A stretch of DNA of 43,782 nucleotides from the NCBI GenBank assembly GCA_943704415.1, contig CALSCO010000540.1, forward strand, positions 1-43,782. The letters run 5' to 3'. The position numbers and the translations under genes were made by a program. A model generated the notes under the pieces. It worked only from the letters and a program-made list of their open reading frames with translations. It ran no database searches and was not told the origin of the DNA. The DNA is from Parvularia atlantis. Taxonomy: Eukaryota. Each line of letters begins with the position of its first letter. Within the stretch, counting starts at the first letter, position 1. This document shows positions 23,390-33,084 of the stretch, piece by piece.

Positions 23390-26300
23390 ATGGCGGTCTA
23401 CGTCCGCGCGACGTTTGCGACCGCGCACGACCCGCCGCAGCCGGTCGCGGTGCCGGGCGATTGGGACATGGCGCGGCTGGCGCGCCTCGTGGACGACGCG
23501 AGCGCGATCACCATCACCCCGCACCCCGCCGCGCTGTGGACCTTCACCGTCGACGCGGCGCAGCTTGCGGACCTGCTCCACGGCGACGTGCGCGCGGCGC
23601 GGCTGCGCGTGCTGTTCGAGGTCGTCCGCCCGCCCGCGCCCGTCCCCGCGCCGACCCCCGTGCCGCCGCCGCCGCGTGAGCCGCACGCGCCGAGGGGGAA
23701 TTCCCTGCTGCCGCCGCTTAACCAGCAGGCGCCGCCGAGGGTGCACGTCGAGGTGCTCATGGACGGGGAGGAGGCGTCCGTGGCGCTCGATCCGCAAGAC
23801 CTCGCGCACCACGTTCGGCTCAGCACTTCCATCTCCATCGAGCCCGTCGACGGCAAGCGCGGCGTGTTTACGTGCACCGCAGACGAAGCACGCGAGCTTT
23901 ACGAGCTGCCGCTGTCGTACAAGCGCCAGATGGTCTGCTTCCTCGAGCACAACCTGCTGCACGATCAGCAGCAGCCCCAGTCGCAGCCGCTGGCCGTCTC
24001 CGCCGCGTCCTCAGCCGCTCACAAGGCCATGGACGAAATGAAGACAGCGGCGCCGCCGAGCTTCAGCGACGCGCCCCCGCCGTACGAGACCCCGTCCTCG
24101 CAGCCCGCCCAGCCGCGGCCGCTGCTGCCCCTTCTTTCGACGATGCCGGCTGTGCACACCGCCTCGCCGTTCCCGCCCGGCGCACGCCAGCCATCCAGCT
24201 CGCCCGCGGCCGGCAGCAGCAGCACAAGCAGCATCACAACCATCAACACCACCAACAACAATGACGACGACGACGACGACGACGACGATGAGGACGAGGA
24301 CGAGGACGAGGACCTGTCGATCCCGTCTGAGATTCACGTCTTTCACGACGCCGAGAACGACTACGTGCCCGGCGACCGCCACGTCGACGGCAGCGCGCTC
24401 TACGACCGCACGCTCGAGGCCGCCCTCGCGCTCGCCATCGGCCCCGACCGCGCCCGCACCGTCGACGTCAACGAGCTCGACGTCAAGTGGCGCCTCATCA
24501 TCAACCGCAGCGACAGCAACAAGTTCCACATCAGCGCCGTCACGCTCGGGCAGCTGCAGGACCGCGGCGTCGACCACATCAACCCGCCCAGCGGCAAGGA
24601 CGCCGTCGACATGAAGCTCAAGTCGCAGCTCGACCACTTCCTGCACTCAGCCGAGGACTTCAGTAAAGCGCGGCGCAAGCGCATCATGGTCGTGCTGCTG
24701 TTCGGGGACCGCGACTACGCCCACGAGATTCGCAAGCTGCGCCGGCTGCAACTGTTTGCGTGCGTTGCCATCTACCGCCCGGGCACGGCGCGGCAGGCAC
24801 TGCTCGACATCCTCGTTGACAAGAAGCGCGGCCAGCCGATGACCGCGCCCGTCTGGGACGACATCGTCGCGAGCTGCATCAGCAGCGGCGGCAGTAGCGC
24901 CAGCAACCGAGGCAACACGGGCGCGGCCACGGTCAGCACCCAAGCTCCGCACGCGATCAACACGACCAGCGACGCCACACCGCTCGCCATGCCCGCCGCC
25001 GTCCCCGCGGGTCCGGCGTGGAAGGCGCCGCCGAGGGCCGGCTTTGACACGGTGGGCGAGGTGACCGTCTCGCTACCGCGCCGAGTGTTCCTGCAGCGCT
25101 TCCCGACTGTCGTGGACGAGATAACGGCTCAGCTGGCCGACATCCACCCGCACGTCCAAATCGACCTACCGCGCGCCAACACGAGGTTGGTCCGGCTGCT
25201 GCTCGAGCAAGCACATGACGCCAGCACGCCGGCGCCGACAAGCGAGCAGACGCGCGCGTGCTTCGAGCGCGTCCGCCAGTTCATGCTTGACCAGCTGACC
25301 GAGTTCAGCGACTTCTCGCTCATGCTCGAAGGCGTCTCACCGCAAGAGGTCTTCGAGAACGCCGAGGCGCAGCTCATCGCCAAGCAGGCTGAGATCCTCA
25401 TCTTCTGCTCCAAGACCCACGGCGCGGCCGAGGCGCCGGCGGCACCCACCGCGCCCGCGACGCCGACAGATGCCAGCGTGGACGCTGCGGACGCGACCGA
25501 CCACGTCGTCGTGCTGATCGAGGCGCCCGCGACGTGGAGCGAGGAGCGCATCAAGGGCGTGTGCATGGAGTACTTCAAGCTGCATCTGCACGCGGTCAAG
25601 CCGCCGCGGCCCTTAAAGGACCACCCGCAGCGGGTGACGCGCATCCTCCACCTCGAGCGGCAGCAGCACCCGGCCACGACTCTGCCGGCGCTCTGCGATA
25701 AGCTGACCGAGAGCGGCCACACCGAGACGCGGCTCATCGATAGCCATCCCGTCCGGCTCATCATCAAGCGCGGCAACCCGAAGCGCGCCGACGCGGCTCC
25801 AGCGTCGACACTGCGCCAGCGCCCTCAGACGCACGCCGCGTTCGTCAGCACCGCCGTCAAGCTCGTCGGCCGCCGCAGCCCCGCGGCCGAGGTCGTGCTC
25901 CCGCAGATCGTTGAGCTGCTGACCAAGATGCAGCGCGGCTCCGAGAACATCGAGATCAAGCACCGCCCGCACCAACACCTCATCACAAACGGCAAGATCG
26001 CGCCCCGCCCGTGGCTCACGCAGCTGGCTCGCGACTGCGACGTGCGCGTGTACCTCCGCATCAAGGGCGACCCGTCGAGCGGGCATGCCAGCCGCGGCGG
26101 ACATGCAGCGCGCGGAGGGCGCGGCCGCGGCGGACGAGGGCGGGGCGGCAGCGTAGCCGCGGCGGCTGGCGCGGCGAAGGCAGCGGTGGCGAACGATGCG
26201 ACCCTGATCGTGCGCTTCGACGGCCAGCTGCACCGCGTCAAGGAGGCGAGACAGAAGCTCAAAACGCTGCTCAAAGAAAGCGTGAACCTCACCGTGCCTG

Positions 26301-29242
26301 TCAGCAACGACAAGTGGGCCGTCAAGGGCTTCATCGAGGCCATCGCCGCCGAGCGCGAGCTCGTCCTCAACAGCGTCTACAACCGCACGCGATCTGATGC
26401 CAGCGAGCCCGGCACGCCGGGCGCGCGTATTCGAGCGGACAGCAACGACACGGGCGACGGCGACGGCGGCGACAGCGACAGCGACACGACCTCGGACGCA
26501 GGCGGCGACCGGCACGCGTCGATATCGTCGCTCAAGATCTCCACGCCGAGCCTCCGTCACCGCTTTGGCAAGCACGAGATCGTCCTCTTCGCGCTCAAGG
26601 AGGACGAGGACGACCTGCGTGACGCCGCGGCGCTGCTGCAGGCTGTCGCGGACGACTTCATCACCCGGCAGCTGCCCATCGCGGGCGGCGTCCGTCGCGA
26701 CCAGCTCGAGCTGACGCGCGCGTCGCTCAACACGCTGCAGAACGAGTATAGCGTCTCGCTCACGTTCGACAACGACTCGCGGCAGCTCACGGTCACGGGC
26801 CGCTCGGCCGCCGTCGACGGTCTGATCCAGTTCATCAACGACCGCATCAGCCAGACCCGCACCGAGAAGGAGGTCGTCAACGTCGCGACCGTGCACAAGC
26901 AGCTCTCCAAGCTCATGCTTACGTACCCAGACGTCTACAAGGACGCGTTCACCGAGGTCACTGTGGCCCATCCCAAGGTCAAGCTGACGTACGGCACCGG
27001 CCCCAACAAGCACAACGAGACGAAGCAGATCGTCATCTCGGGCCCGGCCTCGGACGTCAAGGCTGTGCGCGCGGCTGTCGAGAGCAAGCTGCGTCGTCTG
27101 CTGCAGGGCATGGCCGAGCTGTCGATGGAGCGCGTGACCGACCGCGAGCTCGCGTACCTGTCGGATGAGGGCCGACGCATCCTGAACGCGGCGGCGCGCG
27201 ACACTAAAACGCTGCTGTGGATCTCGCTGCCTGGCAGCGGGTCAAGCGGCTCGACTGCCACCACACGGACGCCGACGACGGTCGTGGGCGAGGGCACGGT
27301 CGGCCCGCTCAAGGTGACGGTGATCCACGGCGACTGGTGCAAGGTGCCCGCGGCGGCGATAGTCAACCCGGCCAACACGTCGCTGTCGAACGCTGGCGGC
27401 CTCGCGGGCCTGATCGAGAGCGCGGCCGGCCCTGCCTTCCGCGCCGAGTGCCAGCGCCTGCAGCCGGTCCCCGTCGGGTACGCGATCACAACCAAGTCGT
27501 TCGACCTGGCGAAGACGACCGCGTTCCAGCATGTCGTACACACGGTCGCGCCGATCCGCAAGTCGACGGACGACGCGACCGAGCGGCAGCAGTTGCGCCA
27601 GGCGGCCGTGAGCGTGCTGCAGCAGGCGCACATCAACGGGCTGCGGTCGATCGCGATCCCGGGGCTGGGCGCGGGCGTGTACGGCTGGTCGGCGCAGGAT
27701 GCGGCACACGAGATCGTCGCGGGGCTGCTGACGTTCGCGTCCGACCTGGTGGCAAAGGGACACACGAGCATGCTGAACGAGGTCGTCCTGTTCGACAACA
27801 ACGACAAGATGACCAGGGCGATCAACAAAGAGCTCGAGGCGGCAGTCGTGACGCAAGGCCCGGCGCCGCAGCAGCTGTACCGGCCTACGGTGCAGTGGGA
27901 GTGGGTCAATCACGAGCAAAACAAGAACCAGCCGTACGACTACGAGCAGAACTACCAGATCGACCAGCAGTGGGCGTGCAAGCAGCGTGGCCAGCGCGTG
28001 TCGCCGTTCACCATCGCGGGCGACATTGGTGGCGTCCACTCCGACTCGAAGCACAAGCCTGCCAACAGCAAGTACCCGCAGTACATGATTGACCTCGACC
28101 GCATGGTCCAGATCAACGTCGTGAGCAAGTACGAGCGCGCCATCCATCGTCGCCCGCTGCAGCGGGGCGAGTGGCCGCCACTGACGCCGACGTCCGTCCG
28201 CGACGGCAAGCAGCTCTCGTCGACGTCCGTACCGGTCAAGTTCCAGACACAGAGCCAAGTGCTGCGCGATGCGCCCTCCTTCTTCAACGCAATATTCGGC
28301 GGCATGACGCTCACACAGTCTACGCCCGTGCGCACGGGACCCGTCGTCATGGGCTTTGGCAAGGCTGAGCAGGTGGACGGCGCGTTCAAGAAGGTCCGCG
28401 ACCAGATCGGTAGCGCCGAGACGGTGCAGACAATCAGCATTCCGCCGATAAGCTTGCCATTCCTGGACATCGTGCGCCAGCTGCGAGCGGCCGCGCAGCC
28501 TGCTGGCGGGCTGATGAAGAGCTTCGATGAGGCCAAGCGACTCGTGGTGTTCACGTCGTTTGGCAAGAAGACGGCGACGACGACCGACGCTGCCGTGCAC
28601 AAGGCGCTCGCCGACCTCATCGCCAAGGCGGTCATGGTCCCGTACCCGGCCGAGTGGACCTCGTTGGACGGCGACAAGTGCCTCGTACGCCTCTCGTCAG
28701 GCACGCCCGAGTACAAGAAGGCCGCGGAGCGGTTCCTGCAGGGCTTTAACGAGCGCATCGTCAAGATCGAGCGCGTGCAGAATAAGTACCTCTGGGAGCG
28801 CTACGTCGAGCGGAGAAACGTCGTGAAGGCGACCAACAAGAGCGACGCGAACGAGGCGTGGATGATGCACGGCACGCGCACGACCGACCCCGAGATGATC
28901 TACGACGGCCAGCACGGCTTCGATTTCCGCAACGCGAAGGAAGGCATGTTTGGACGCGGCGCGTACTTTGCCGAGGACACGTCGTACTCGGACGGCTACA
29001 GCTTCAAGCTCGCGGGCGGCCACAAGCAGATGTTCATCGCGCTCGTGTGCCGCGGCCGCATCGATAAGCGCACGTCGTCCGACAAGACCATCGTCAAGCC
29101 GTCGCCGGGCTACGACTCGGTCGAGGGCATGGTCACGGCCAACCACCGCGCGATCATCACGTACGACCTGCACCAGGCGTACCCGCTCTACCTGATCACG
29201 TACCAGCCCGCTACGCAGCTCGGGTTGGGCCTCTTTTCCTAA
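23390..29242 (+). CDS. Intronless 1950-aa NYN RNase - RRM/KH-like - RGG - macrodomain - WWE - PARP(ART) multidomain protein
   Basis: Single ORF. NYN ~24329-24868 (HVFHDAEN, KDAVDMKL, VLLFGDRDY). RGG box ~26092-26148. KH-like repeats (LTVTGRSAAV, IVISGPASDV). Macro ~27308-27800 (GDW...IVNPAN...GGLAG...HVVHTV...SIAIPGLGAGVYG). WWE ~27890-28150 (WEW...PYD...YMIDLDRMVQIN...RAIHR). PARP ~28640-29203 (IERVQN, MHGT, FGRGAYFA, YDSV, QAYPLYLITY). Confidence 0.92.
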   Translation: MAVYVRATFATAHDPPQPVAVPGDWDMARLARLVDDASAITITPHPAALWTFTVDAAQLADLLHGDVRAARLRVLFEVVRPPAPVPAPTPVPPPPREPHAPRGNSLLPPLNQQAPPRVHVEVLMDGEEASVALDPQDLAHHVRLSTSISIEPVDGKRGVFTCTADEARELYELPLSYKRQMVCFLEHNLLHDQQQPQSQPLAVSAASSAAHKAMDEMKTAAPPSFSDAPPPYETPSSQPAQPRPLLPLLSTMPAVHTASPFPPGARQPSSSPAAGSSSTSSITTINTTNNNDDDDDDDDDEDEDEDEDLSIPSEIHVFHDAENDYVPGDRHVDGSALYDRTLEAALALAIGPDRARTVDVNELDVKWRLIINRSDSNKFHISAVTLGQLQDRGVDHINPPSGKDAVDMKLKSQLDHFLHSAEDFSKARRKRIMVVLLFGDRDYAHEIRKLRRLQLFACVAIYRPGTARQALLDILVDKKRGQPMTAPVWDDIVASCISSGGSSASNRGNTGAATVSTQAPHAINTTSDATPLAMPAAVPAGPAWKAPPRAGFDTVGEVTVSLPRRVFLQRFPTVVDEITAQLADIHPHVQIDLPRANTRLVRLLLEQAHDASTPAPTSEQTRACFERVRQFMLDQLTEFSDFSLMLEGVSPQEVFENAEAQLIAKQAEILIFCSKTHGAAEAPAAPTAPATPTDASVDAADATDHVVVLIEAPATWSEERIKGVCMEYFKLHLHAVKPPRPLKDHPQRVTRILHLERQQHPATTLPALCDKLTESGHTETRLIDSHPVRLIIKRGNPKRADAAPASTLRQRPQTHAAFVSTAVKLVGRRSPAAEVVLPQIVELLTKMQRGSENIEIKHRPHQHLITNGKIAPRPWLTQLARDCDVRVYLRIKGDPSSGHASRGGHAARGGRGRGGRGRGGSVAAAAGAAKAAVANDATLIVRFDGQLHRVKEARQKLKTLLKESVNLTVPVSNDKWAVKGFIEAIAAERELVLNSVYNRTRSDASEPGTPGARIRADSNDTGDGDGGDSDSDTTSDAGGDRHASISSLKISTPSLRHRFGKHEIVLFALKEDEDDLRDAAALLQAVADDFITRQLPIAGGVRRDQLELTRASLNTLQNEYSVSLTFDNDSRQLTVTGRSAAVDGLIQFINDRISQTRTEKEVVNVATVHKQLSKLMLTYPDVYKDAFTEVTVAHPKVKLTYGTGPNKHNETKQIVISGPASDVKAVRAAVESKLRRLLQGMAELSMERVTDRELAYLSDEGRRILNAAARDTKTLLWISLPGSGSSGSTATTRTPTTVVGEGTVGPLKVTVIHGDWCKVPAAAIVNPANTSLSNAGGLAGLIESAAGPAFRAECQRLQPVPVGYAITTKSFDLAKTTAFQHVVHTVAPIRKSTDDATERQQLRQAAVSVLQQAHINGLRSIAIPGLGAGVYGWSAQDAAHEIVAGLLTFASDLVAKGHTSMLNEVVLFDNNDKMTRAINKELEAAVVTQGPAPQQLYRPTVQWEWVNHEQNKNQPYDYEQNYQIDQQWACKQRGQRVSPFTIAGDIGGVHSDSKHKPANSKYPQYMIDLDRMVQINVVSKYERAIHRRPLQRGEWPPLTPTSVRDGKQLSSTSVPVKFQTQSQVLRDAPSFFNAIFGGMTLTQSTPVRTGPVVMGFGKAEQVDGAFKKVRDQIGSAETVQTISIPPISLPFLDIVRQLRAAAQPAGGLMKSFDEAKRLVVFTSFGKKTATTTDAAVHKALADLIAKAVMVPYPAEWTSLDGDKCLVRLSSGTPEYKKAAERFLQGFNERIVKIERVQNKYLWERYVERRNVVKATNKSDANEAWMMHGTRTTDPEMIYDGQHGFDFRNAKEGMFGRGAYFAEDTSYSDGYSFKLAGGHKQMFIALVCRGRIDKRTSSDKTIVKPSPGYDSVEGMVTANHRAIITYDLHQAYPLYLITYQPATQLGLGLFS

Positions 29243-29272
29243 GTCTAGCTGTCTGTGTGGGTCGCGATCACA

Positions 29273-30435
29273 ATGACCAACGACCCAGCCAGGACGTTGG
29301 AACGCGGCCTGCTGCGCCTGATCGCGGCGCTGCCGCCGTCGGTCACGCTCGAGCTGTCGTCAGCGATCCGTCTGGGCGGCCCGACGACGGCGTCGTCGGC
29401 GCTGGATGCCGTGTCGCAGCGCGTCAGTCTCGGCGCGCCGCCGGGGCTTGTTGAGGCGCTTGCCGAGCGCATCCGCGACCTGATCGCGCGGCGCGCGTCG
29501 ACAGAGGTGCGGCGCGCATCGGGCGGCGCGTGTGCCGCGGGGCTGACGCAGCGCACGAGCAGCGTGTGCAGTGTGAGATCGGCGAGCTGCTCAACGCGCC
29601 TGTGCTGCCGGCGGTGCGCGCGCCGTGTGCCGTGTGGCGCCAGATCGACACGGCGCCTGATCGCTGTCGTCGTCGTCGTCGTCGTCGTCGTCGTGCGCCA
29701 AAGCGAGCTCGGCGATCACGCGCGCCACTCACGTTCGGCCGCGGCCGCGCTGGCCGCCCGCGACGTGATGCCGAGCAACGTGCGCGCCGCCGCCGTTTCG
29801 ACAAGGCGCGAGGCGTGCTGATCGTGCACCTGGCGGCACAGGCTATGTTCGCGCCGGCCGTCGCCACGCACCAGACGCCGTTCCTGAGCGAGGTTGGCGG
29901 CGCGACGCCGAGTGCGAGCAGCTGCTGGGCGCACCCGTCGCTCGTGCGGCGCCACGCCCACGCTCGACCTGCGCATCGCCATCCGGGCGTGCTTCGTCGA
30001 GGCCCTGCGCGCGCACAAGAACAACCTGCCCGCCGGTGCTCGCAGGGCGCTCCGCGTGTTTCATAGCGCAACCGCGGCGCGTCGGGGCGTGCTGTGGCGG
30101 CATCCGAGCGTGCAGCACCTGTGGCGGCGGTGGCTCCTGCACCGCTCCCCGCACCAGTCGTGGAACGAGCTCGACTGCCTGCTACAGCGGCGAGCGCAGC
30201 GGCTGAACGTGATTGCACCGAGCGAAGACAAGGAGGACCTGTACTCGGTCATCGGCGACGAGCTGCACTACCTCATCACGGCGACCACGCTCTTCATCCG
30301 CGACACGGCTGAGGCGCGGCGGCGCAAGGTGCGCGCCCTTTGGTGCTGCTTCTCTTGCGCCGCAGCTGACGGCCTCTCACGCAGGCTGCGAGCACCACCG
30401 CCACCAGCGACCGTCCAGCACAGAATCGCTCATGA
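29273..30435 (+). CDS. Hypothetical protein, multi-exon
   Basis: ATG 29273, GC3-rich exons separated by GTGCG...CAG introns, TGA 30433-30435. No family recognised and the internal structure is uncertain. Confidence 0.55.
29666..29694. repeat. (GTC)n trinucleotide repeat
   Basis: About 9 tandem GTC units. Confidence 0.9.
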
Positions 30436-30468
30436 CATTATGTACAGGCAGCGACAGAAGCAGCGGAG

Positions 30469-32535
30469 CTACCGCAAGTCCCTCACCGCGAACGAGCCCT
30501 GCGTTAGGATCACAAAGCCCTCGCCCGTGCAGTCCTGCGCCCGCGAACGCACTTGTCAGCAGACCAGCGCAACCGTGGTGCGCCGGCGCACCGCGTAGAG
30601 CTCGCGGTCGCTTAGCTCGTGCGGGTGGAACCCGACGCCGCGGCACTTGGAGATGTACGGCAGGCCCGGCGGGTCGGTGAGCTTGAAGATGCCGCATCTG
30701 CACGCCGGCTGTAAGCGCAGCGCGGTCGCGCGGACCACGCGGCAACGCACGATGGCTCGGACTTTGGCGCGCAGACGATCGCGATGGCCTCGGGTAGCAT
30801 GAGCTGGTACGAGCAGTGCGTGTGCAGGTCGACCGAGCTCATGAAGCACGTTTGCGACGGGTGCGTCTGCGCGCGGGCGGTCGGGCGACGTCCCGCGTTC
30901 TACGGCATGCCGCACGTGTATCCAGCCGAGCGTCATCAAGCCGTGCTTGTCCTGGAACTGCAGCAGGAGCTCCTCGTTCTTGGTCGTGCACGAGTCCGAC
31001 GTGGCCTCCTGCTGCGGCACGACGAGGTGCGTCACCGTGAGCACGTCGCGTTCCTGCGGGCCGGCGTGAGCGTCGCAGGCCGGGTCATGCACGTGCGCGT
31101 GCGCACCAGTGTCCCGCACAGGATCGCGCACGTCTCGAGGTTCTTAAGCGTGTTGGGCCTTGCCAGCTTGAGGAAGGTCTGGATGATGTCCTCGGGCACG
31201 CGCAGCTGGCGCATGCGCTCGTCCTCCTCCACGTACGCTGCGCGCGCCACGAGCAGCGGTAAGCGTAGAGGCGCCGAGCGCGAGGATGCCAGCAGCGCAC
31301 GCACACGGCACGTCCGTGAACATCTCCGGCTTCGGCGTCACAGCGGGCGTGCTCAGGTGCGCCGGCTTGGGCGGGATGGGCGGCGTCACGTGCGGCGGTG
31401 CATACGGCACGGCGTGCGGCCATTCTGCTGCCTCGTGCCCGCCGCCGAAGCTGAGGTCGATCGGCTTGGGCGGGATGGGCGGCGACGAGTCCGCGTGCAC
31501 GTGCGGCCCGCGGTCGCCGTCGTCTGCGGTGAGAAAGTCCGGCTTGGGCGGCACGATCGGCGGCGGGCGCGGCGGTGGTGCATCGTGGCGCTTGAGCTCG
31601 TCCTGCACGTTGAGTGGCGGCACCGACGGTATGGTCTGCGGCACGTAGCTGGTGCGGCGCAACCGGTGAGCACGTGGTCGCAGAGACAAGCGCGGTCCGG
31701 GCGCACGTCGGCAGCTCGCCCAGGGGCTGCAGCGTTGGGTAGGCCACGGGCGCGTGGTTGAAGGGCGCGCTCGGCGTGGCCGGTGCGAGCGGCACGTGCG
31801 ACAGCGGCGTGTGGCCGATGGGCGCCATTGGCACCTGTCATGCGCCGCGTCAGTACCGCGCCCGTTGCTCGCGCCTAGCACCGCACCGACGACGGCACGG
31901 CCGGCAGACGCCGCTGCTCCTGCTCTTGCTGCCGCTGCCGCTGCCGCTCGCGCGCCTGCTCTGCCGCGCGCGCCGCCTGCTGTTGTGCCGCCGCCGCCGC
32001 CGCCGCCGCCGCCTCCGCCTCTGCCGCGCGTTTGGCCGCAATGCGCTCGGCGACGCGCTTGGCGTGCACGCTCTTGAGCATCGGCCCGATCTTGTGCTCG
32101 ATCAGGTCCATGGCCTGTGCGCATTTCTGTATGTACGGCGCCCGCGTGGCACGTTGGGCACACGTCTGATCGCGTCTGATCGCGCGCGTGCAACGTGCCT
32201 GCCGCAGATCCTGCTGCTGCGCCCGCTCGACCGCCGCATAGCCCGGGTGCTTGATCATCGTCACGTACAGCGTCGCGAAGCGGTAGTAGAGGATGTAGGC
32301 GCGCTCAAGGTTGCCCTCGCGCATGTACGTCTCGGCCTGTGGCGCCACAATCAGCACGCGAGCGTGGCGCGCATCAGCGGCAGCAACAGCGCGCCTGCTT
32401 GACCAAGATCGGCGCCGAGTTGACGTACAGCCGGATGCTCTTGCCCGTGTCCACCTCGACCTTGCTGTCGGCCTGGCGCCGCAGGTTCGCGACGTACTCG
32501 GCCGCGAGGCGCGCCGCGTCCGGGTTATCTGCCAT
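30469..32535 (-). CDS. STAMBP: AMSH/STAMBP-like JAMM deubiquitinase, multi-exon
   Basis: N-terminal USP8/MIT-type domain ([21 protein letters not shown]...HPGY). JAMM domain: ETCAILCG...[39 protein letters not shown]...GFHPH. Confidence 0.93.
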
Positions 32536-33084
32536 CACGCCTTTGAATCTCCCACTGTCCTTTGACCTCTACCGTGACGCACGCTGCGCAATGAGGCCGG
32601 ATGTCCTCGGCTCATCGCCCGCTCGCGCAGCCGCCATCCGCACGCCGCAGGCCGCACGGACGAGCGATGGGCGACACGGTCGAGTCGCTGCGGACGGCGC
32701 GCGCGGCGCTGCAGGGGCTCGTCGAGGTCACGCGTGAGATATACGTGCCCGTCTGGGGGCGCATCAGCGCGTGGCTGACATGGTTCGCGTGCGGTCTGCT
32801 GGGGGGCGGGCTGCTTCCGCGACGGCGCGCGATCTGCACGGAGCGGGACCTGCGCACGCTCGATCGCAACTACGACGCGCTGATCGGTGCGCGCGCGTGC
32901 TGCACACGCATTTTCTGCCACGCCGCCAACAACGAGTGCAGGTGCGAACGAGCGCTGGCGCACGGTCCTCGAGGGGCCGTCCGCGCGTTCCACTGCCGCC
33001 CTCTCCGCTGCTGCCCCCGTTGCCGCTGCACCGCCACGGCTGCCGCCGTCCTGACGCTCTGTTGTACACGTAGACCAAGAAGAG

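Noticed and set aside
25613..28600. 466-aa and 452-aa minus-strand ORFs inside the PARP gene
   Set aside because: Stop-free antisense frames are expected from GC-biased codon usage; no independent domain signal.
23296..29272. Transposon carrying the PARP gene, with the palindrome as a terminal repeat
   Set aside because: No matching repeat at the 3' side, no target-site duplication and no transposase or RT.
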